Shown piece by piece: positions 56,939-64,000 of a DNA stretch of 64,000 nt (positions are counted from its first letter, which is position 1; each line of letters starts with the position of its first letter). The notes below the pieces were generated by a model. It did no database searches and was not told the origin of the DNA. It saw nothing but the letters and a program-made list of their open reading frames with translations. Origin of the DNA: Eledone cirrhosa (Eukaryota); assembly GCA_964016885.1 (NCBI GenBank), contig OZ024742.1:65968001-66032000 (forward strand). The letters run 5' to 3'. The position numbers and the translations under genes were made by a program.

Positions 56939-56944
<6 letters not shown>
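56724..56944 (+). mobile_element. ~210-bp hammerhead mini-element, copy 2
   Basis: Same boundaries as 48180-48383; flanked by (TA)n. Confidence 0.8.
56754..56791 (+). ncRNA. 38-nt minimal type-I hammerhead, U3-A8 compensatory core
   Basis: CCUU-UUGAAAA-GCAG aagaa CUGC-GAAA-CCG-GUA-AAGG. Helices I and II perfect, palindromic ACCGGU, AATAAA follows; predicted cleavage after 56787. Confidence 0.85.
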
Positions 56945-56973
<29 letters not shown>

Positions 56974-57014
56974 CGTATGTATATATATATATATATATAC
57001 ATACATATATATAA

Positions 57015-57102
<88 letters not shown>

Positions 57103-57281
57103 ATATATATAGTTATATATACATATAATAGCCGTACCATTTAACATAACGTGATTCGTTGTAGAAACGTATGTGAATGTACATACCTTGTGTTCATCTA
57201 TAATAAACATACGTACATGACGTGCTGCTACTTTAAGCTGTATATATACCTATATGGTACATACATACACACATATCTACC

Positions 57282-57318
<37 letters not shown>

Positions 57319-58462
57319 TGTGTGTATGTGTGTCAGTATGTGTCTATACATGTGACTGTCTGTATGTGTGTGCCTATGTGAATATTTTTACATACAGGAT
57401 TATGAATAACGTCCTGATAGTGATATTTCGGAAATCGTTGTTATGACTCAATCATATATCAAAAAATATCAACAGCATAAACAACACCAACATTAATAGC
57501 AAAAACAACATTCATTAAAAAGTACAGTAAATGTAAGAAAGAAATCAATAAAATCAACTCAACGTTGACTAGTTCGGTTTATATATTAACTTGTTTCGTT
57601 GATTTGTTGTTTTACTGAAACCCACCATTTTGTTCTCTGTAGTAATTCCTCGTTTCATTAGTCACAATTACATTCTTTCATTTCTCTCAATATCTCTCTT
57701 TGTCTACTTGATCCGCTCTCTCTCCCTTTTACGCCTTTTCTCTCTCTTCCTCTCTCATTCTCTCTCTCTTCCCCACTCTTATATCTCTATATATTCTTCT
57801 TCCTATCCCTTTCTTTCTCAGTCTCTTCGCCCCATATGTATTTATATATTCATCTCTCTAATCTCACCATTTTCACTCTAATTCCTCTTATATTTATATA
57901 CTCATACTTCTCTCATTCATACCTCTCTTACATCCCTCTAATAACCCTTCTCACTGTTCTCATACTTTTCTCAGTCTTGTCTCTCTTATATTACTCTGTA
58001 TATATATATCAACGAAATCTTTCTAATTCTTCTCGCTCCTGTATTTCTATATATATCTATAGCTCAACTCTCTCCTTTGTCTCCTCTCTATATTTCAGTC
58101 ATTATACCAACAATATTGCTCAACATATAAAGACATTGTTGTGGCAAATAGAGTAGAGTTTCTAACTACATTGTTACTAATATTTCCTCAAGTATATCGA
58201 CAATAGGTATGAGTTGGCATTTCATCACCTCCACGAGTATAAATTAAATACCAGTTATGTAGTGAGATGGACTGAATTCTGTTACTCACTCGCTCTCACT
58301 TTCTCTGTATCGTCTCGCTGGTACTTCTTTCCGTATCTCAGAATCTTTTTCTTCATTTGACCTTCTATCCTTCTATATCTTCCTCTATATTTTCCTTTCT
58401 AACGATCTGTCTGCCTCTGCATAACACACTCACGCCCCCCCCCCCACACACACACCCACACC

Positions 58463-58495
<33 letters not shown>

Positions 58496-58906
58496 GATGT
58501 GTTTGTGTAATCATCACTGTCAGGGTCCGTCTCAAAATCTCTTAACTCTCTGTATCTTCAGAATTTTGTCTCTCTCACTCCCTCTCTCTCTCCTCTCGTT
58601 CATTCTCCATCTCTATATATTTGTGGCCATGATCCAATGTGCTAAAATCATTATTTACTATATTTATAGTTTTACATACTGTATGTATGAATGCCAACAA
58701 TCCTTGTAAAATTATATTAGAGCAAGGCTAGACGTTCACACTTACATTGCTGAATAGAACTAGCAATAAGTACCCGGTTTAGTTCGAGTAAGTGATATTA
58801 TGAGAAACTGAAAGATAATTATATTATAATAACTAAGTTGATGGAAAAAAATGTAAAAGGAATGATAATATAGTTAATATATTTCTCTCTCTTGCTATGA
58901 GTTGAT

Positions 58907-58941
<35 letters not shown>

Positions 58942-59149
58942 GACCGACAGTCATAACATATAATGGCATGAAGAAATACTGAACATTATACATTGCGACA
59001 CTTATCTGGTTCTAACATTTAGACCACCCTCAATGTTATAATAGACGTAGTATTATTAGTAGTAATAATTGATCTCAGATCATAAAGGGCCGTAACTCTA
59101 TGCTGAAAAGCATGTTGTCTGACGCTCTACCGATATTATTATTATTATT

Positions 59150-60026
59150 TTTAATTTCTTTCATTATTGTTTCCGTGATATATGCCGAGTGTCTTCCTGA
59201 TACCTAGGGCAAATAAATTCACAGTGTACATTGATAAGCCAGTTAATCCAGCATATTGATTATAATTAAAAAAAAACAGTATACATATATACACATGTGC
59301 ATATGCATATGTAAATACAAGGAGGGATATCAATCTTACAGAGATAGTGCTCTTCTCAATACGTGTGCAGTACCAGTCAAAACAATTTTGTGCACCTCGT
59401 GCAGAGAGGGTAAACCAGGAATCATTCGCAAATATTGTTCTGTTCCTTTCTTGATCATTCCCAGCCCTCCCACAATCACTGGTATTGTAACGGCCTTGAG
59501 GTGCCACATTTTCTCAATTTAAATAAGCAGATCTTTATATTTTCGTAGGTTGTCAAATTCTTTTGCCGCGATATTGTGATCACATGGGATGATCATATCT
59601 ATCAATAAACAGACCATGTTATGTTGATCTTTTATAATGATGTCAGATCTATTTGCTTTTATGGTCCTGTCAGCATGTACAGGAAAGTCCCAGAGAATTG
59701 TTACTTTTTCTCCTTCAGTCACAGGCTCAGGGTGATGATTGTACCACTTGACTTCAGCTTTGATTTTGTAATGCCGACATATTACCCATTGTAGATATTG
59801 GCCAACTCTGTCATGTCTATATTTGTATTCTACTGGTGCTAAAACTTTACATCCAGAGACTAAGTGATCCACTGTTTCAACCTCAGCATTGCAGAATCGG
59901 CACTTTGGGTTTATTATTCCGTTTTTCCTCACATTGGCCTGGTAATTACGAGTCAATAAGTTTAGATCTTGGGCAGCTAAGATGAAGCCTTCACTCTCCG
60001 CCTTTAGCCCTGAACTACGTAGCCAT
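59150..60026 (-). mobile_element. R4/Dong-like LINE 3' fragment in (TAA)n
   Basis: KCRFCNAEVETVDHLVSGC..RHD..ILWDFPVHADRTIKANRSDIII..CLLIDMIIPCD. Confidence 0.9.
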
Positions 60027-60047
60027 ATTATTATTATTATTATTATT

Positions 60048-60148
60048 AATCCCGCCGAGGTTAACTTTGCCTTTTATCCTTACGAGGTCGATAAAATAAA
60101 GTACCAGTAATGCACTGGAATAATTCTCGGCATTGTGCCAAAAGTAGA

Positions 60149-60150
<2 letters not shown>
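60048..60150 (+). mobile_element. 5'-truncated tRNA-derived SINE with (TAA)n tail
   Basis: AATCCCGCCGAGG..GTCGATAAAATAAAGTACCAG. Confidence 0.85.
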
Positions 60151-60199
<49 letters not shown>

Positions 60200-60200
<1 letters not shown>

Positions 60201-60870
60201 GGAGGCTAGCCCACTGTGCAGGATCTGTGGAGAGAGAGAGGAGACTGTGGCTCACATTGTGTCCGAGTGTAAACACCTAGCCCAGACCCACTATAAGGGC
60301 TGGAGACACGATGTGATGGGCAGGGTGATCCACTGGCACCTGTGCAAAGTAAACAATCTACCACATTCTGAGAAATGGTATGAGCATAGGCCAGAGGCGG
60401 TGATGGAGAACAGTCAGGTGAAGGTGCTGTGGGATTTTAGGATACAGACGGACAAAAAACTGGAACACAATAGACCTGACCTGGTGGTTGTGGACAAAGA
60501 AAAAAGATCGTGCCTGATTGTGGATGTGGCCTGCCCGTTCGACACGAGAGTGCAAGAGAAGGAGAGGGAGAAAATTAACCGATACCAGGACCTAAAGTGG
60601 GAGGTGAAAAGGATTTGGAACTTCCATGAAGTCAAAGTGATCCCGATTGTCATAGGCGCACTGGGGACTATCTCCAAAGGTTTCCAGGGATGGTTAAAGA
60701 AAATCGGCCCCTTCACGCTTTTTGGAACGCTTCAAAAGGCATGCTTGCTTGGAACAGCAAGAACCCTCCGATACGTCCTGAATACCTGAGGCTGCAGGTA
60801 GTGGCTTGATATTCAATCCAACGGACTTTCCAGTTAACCAACATCAATGACTGAGATTCAAGGAATAACA
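60200..60870 (+). mobile_element. R4/Dong-like LINE 3' fragment (second family) in (TAA)n
   Basis: ETVAHIVSEC..RHD..LWDFRIQTDKKLEHNRPDLVVVD..DVACPFD..KYQDLK-like..PIVIGALG; open REL frame. Confidence 0.9.
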
Positions 60871-60901
60871 ATAATAATAATAATAATAATAATAATAAAC
60901 T

Positions 60902-61200
60902 AAAACAATACCAGTGGTTGTAGGCGCTCTGGGAATGATACCTAAGGGGTCTAATGATTACTTATCGCAAATTCCAGGAAACCCGCGTATAGGAGAAATA
61001 CAAAAGATAGTACTAATGGAAACTGTCCATATACTAAGGAAAATTCTGTCAATATAAGTACATCACAAGTCTAAACACTAAAGATGCATGTGTGTGTATG
61101 TATGTTGTTTCTTGAACATGGCGGACCTTGTTGTCTCTTGTGGTCACTGGTTGTGACTTGGTGATAACTCGTATGAACATAAAGCAAGATAAATGCAACT

Positions 61201-61202
<2 letters not shown>
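60902..61202 (+). mobile_element. R4/Dong-like LINE extreme 3' end (third family)
   Basis: KTIPVVVGALGMIPKG..IQKIVLMETVHILRKILSI*, then 3' UTR and (TAA)n. Confidence 0.8.
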
Positions 61203-61269
<67 letters not shown>

Positions 61270-61288
<19 letters not shown>

Positions 61289-61805
61289 GTAAACAATTTA
61301 CCACATTCTGAGAAGTGGTATGAGCATAAGCCAGAGTCGGTGATAGAAAACGATCAGGTGAAGGTGCTGTGGGATTTTAGGATACAGACGGACAAGAAAC
61401 TGGAACACAATATACCTGACCTGGTGGTTGTGGACAAAGAAAAATATCGTGCCTGATTGTATATGTGGCCTGCCCATTCGACACGAGAGTGCAAGAGAAG
61501 GACAGGGAAAATTTAACCGATACCAGGACTTAAAGTGAGAGGTAAAAGGATTTGGAACTGCCATGAAGTGAAAGGTGATCCCGATTGTCATAGGCGCACT
61601 AGGGACTATCTCAAAAAGTTTCCAGGGGTGGTTAAAGAAAATTGGCCCCGCCACGCTTTTTGGAACGCTTCAAAAGGCTTGCTTGATGGGAACAGCAAGA
61701 ACACTGCGATACGTCCTGAATATCTGAGGCTGCAGGTAGTGGCTTGATATTCATTTCAATAAACTTTCCAGTTAAATAACATCAATGACTGAGACTCCAA
61801 GAAAA
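61270..61805 (+). mobile_element. frameshifted copy of the 60200 family
   Basis: Matches 60350-60865. Confidence 0.9.
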
Positions 61806-61852
61806 TAATAATAATAATAATAATAATTATTATTATTATTATTAGTAATAAT

Positions 61853-64000
61853 GATTTCTTTATTGGCCACAAGGGCTGACATCAAGGAAAACATTACAGA
61901 CGGCACAGGACGGTATGATGTGCGTTTTGTGCGTGTAAATATTTTTATTATTTATATAAGAAAAGAAAGAAAGAAAGACATAGAAACATATATATATATA
62001 AACAATAAAAATGAAAATTGAAACAATGAAACATTCCCCAATTTTTCCATCTCTCAAACTACAGACGTATATTCAGAGCAGACCCGTTCACGCGGACTAT
62101 TCTCGCTACATTCACTCACCTTTCATCAAACTTGCTAGAAGGCAGCACTTGCCTCTCCACCCTGATTTTCCTCTTCAAGTGAAACTTGAAAAAGTTAATT
62201 AGGGATTCGCCGAAGAGGAAAGTGTCTGTCTTTAACCCTTTCAACCTTGTACACCACACAATCTTTTTCGCCATGGCTACCAGGCAGATGAAAACCGTCT
62301 GCCTTTCCTCGTCGTAGGAAGACGGCGAGCGCATCTGCACAATGGACTCAGTCGATAACCGGATCAGCTCTACACGCGACAGCAATTGTTCGACATAGCT
62401 CCACAAGTCAGCAATGCTCGGGCACTGAACGAGTGCATGCACGACGGTTTAGTCGCTCTGCGAGCATCTCGGACAGCGTCTGCTGACGGCACTTCCATGC
62501 ATGTAGAGCTTATCTCGAACCGGCAGCGCTCCCCGGTAGCACTGCCAGGCTAGGGATTTTGGAAGAGATCAATAGGCCCTGGGCTGAAAGTTCTCCGGAA
62601 GAGAGCAAACAGCTGATCTTCTTTGACGCCCAGGATATTTCCGAGAACGTTGTCGCTCTTCGCCTCCACTAGTCCTCTATAGAACGTCGAGGTGGATATT
62701 CCACCGATACTGGTGCCCAGCTGGCAGAGGGCAATGAGCGCCTGGAGATATTCCAGTTTCCAAGCCTTGGTATTTTTTCTGACCCAGGACTGCAGCTCCG
62801 TTAAGGAGACGAGCTGTGGGGAAACGTGCCTGGCGAACGGCGACCACACCTGTTCACCGTCAAGGAAGTACCAGAGATGTCGCAGCCTCAGCCCATGTTT
62901 GCGCATCACAGCCATGGCATGCGCAGTCCTCTACGCAACGGGTGTTGACAGCAGATGGATCGTCTGACCATGGCAGCGCGTCCCTTCCACAAAAATCGGA
63001 AGAGGAGGCGCTCCATATTGGTGAGAGTTGGGCTGGGGCAAGGGACGACGGTGAGGCGGTAGCAGATGACGGATGTGATGTAAGCATTCGCCACCTCCCC
63101 CCGGCCTTTCAGGGACATTTTCCTCTCGGCCCATTTCTGGGTGAGGGAGGCCACCTTGCTCGTCACCTCGTTCCAGCTTTTTTCCATCTGGAGGTCCGGT
63201 CCGAACTAGACCCCGAGCAATTTAAACGGTCTGTCCGTCCAACGCCCCACAACGTTGTCGAACGGCATGCACTTGCCCCTCCAGGTGCCGAGCTGCAGCC
63301 CACCGACTTTTCCTGGTTTATCTTTGCTCCTATCACCGCTTCGTATTCCTTGAGAGCGGTGCCGAGCATCTTGACGTGCCTGGTGCTCGACACTACCACG
63401 GTGACGTCGTCGGCATAAGCCGACTCGGATTTCCCGCATCCTAGTTTACGTGGGACGCCTCTCATCGCCCCCAGTTTGTGCTGTAACTGCTCGAGAGCCA
63501 ATACGTACAAAAGGGACGAAAGCGGACAACCTTGGCTGACTGAGCGCATGATGCTGAACGGCTGCGACAGGTGACCGTTCACCCTCACAACTGAGCAGAT
63601 ATCGCTGTACATCGCAGCGATCCAACCCTGAAAACGGGCCCGAAACCGGCTGCCTCGAGGACCGCCGCCAGGTCCCGATAGTTGACCCTATCGAATGCTT
63701 TGGATTGATCCAAGTTGATGAGGGCCCCACCGGTGCCAGGTTCCTTAACCACCCTCTCTATGATGTATCGCATGAGGTGAAGGTTGTCGTGTATGGATCT
63801 TTCCGGAATGGTGCATGTCTGCGCCTCTCCCACCAGACCCTTGGCGACAAGCGCCAACCTCGTTGCTAACACATTGGCCAACATCTTGAACTTTGCGTTT
63901 AGCAGGGTTATGGGCCTGAAATTATCGATAACATCTCCCTTGTTCGGGGCTTTTCTCAGCAGCGCCACCGCTCCCCGGCTCACAAAACTGGGAATGCTCC
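61853..64000 (-). mobile_element. L1/Tx1-like LINE ORF2 (RT to C-terminus), frameshifted, runs off the window
   Basis: NFRPITLLN, LDQSKAFDRV, QGCPLSSLLY, AYADDV, CPRC..HALVQCP; 3' end CCCTTGTGGCCAATAAAGAAA; same family as 33310-34478. Confidence 0.95.

Overview
AT-rich, microsatellite-saturated eukaryotic DNA with no recognisable host gene. The tRNA-derived SINEs and the mix of R4/Dong, RTE and L1/Tx1 LINEs suggest an octopus (cephalopod) genome; this is an inference from recalled repeat families. Most ORFs in the supplied track are microsatellite artefacts. The real coding traces are decayed retrotransposons: REL-type R4/Dong LINEs, RTE LINEs, Tx1-like L1s and two GIY-YIG (Penelope-like) relics. 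There is a 200-N assembly gap at 55788-55987. The main finding is about 15 type-I hammerhead ribozyme (HHR) motifs on both strands, folded by eye. Most have a minimal, often palindromic helix III, many are followed by AATAAA, and they lie in short non-coding islands between (TA)n tracts. They include a 534-bp-period unit with 159-bp terminal direct repeats (retrozyme-like), a two-copy ~210-bp mini-element with a compensatory U3-A8 core, recurrent U4C cores, and HHRs in fold-back inverted repeats, one just downstream of a Penelope endonuclease. Together they point to a diverse set of ribozyme-bearing, Penelope-associated non-autonomous elements. No catalytic activity or transcription can be shown from sequence alone.
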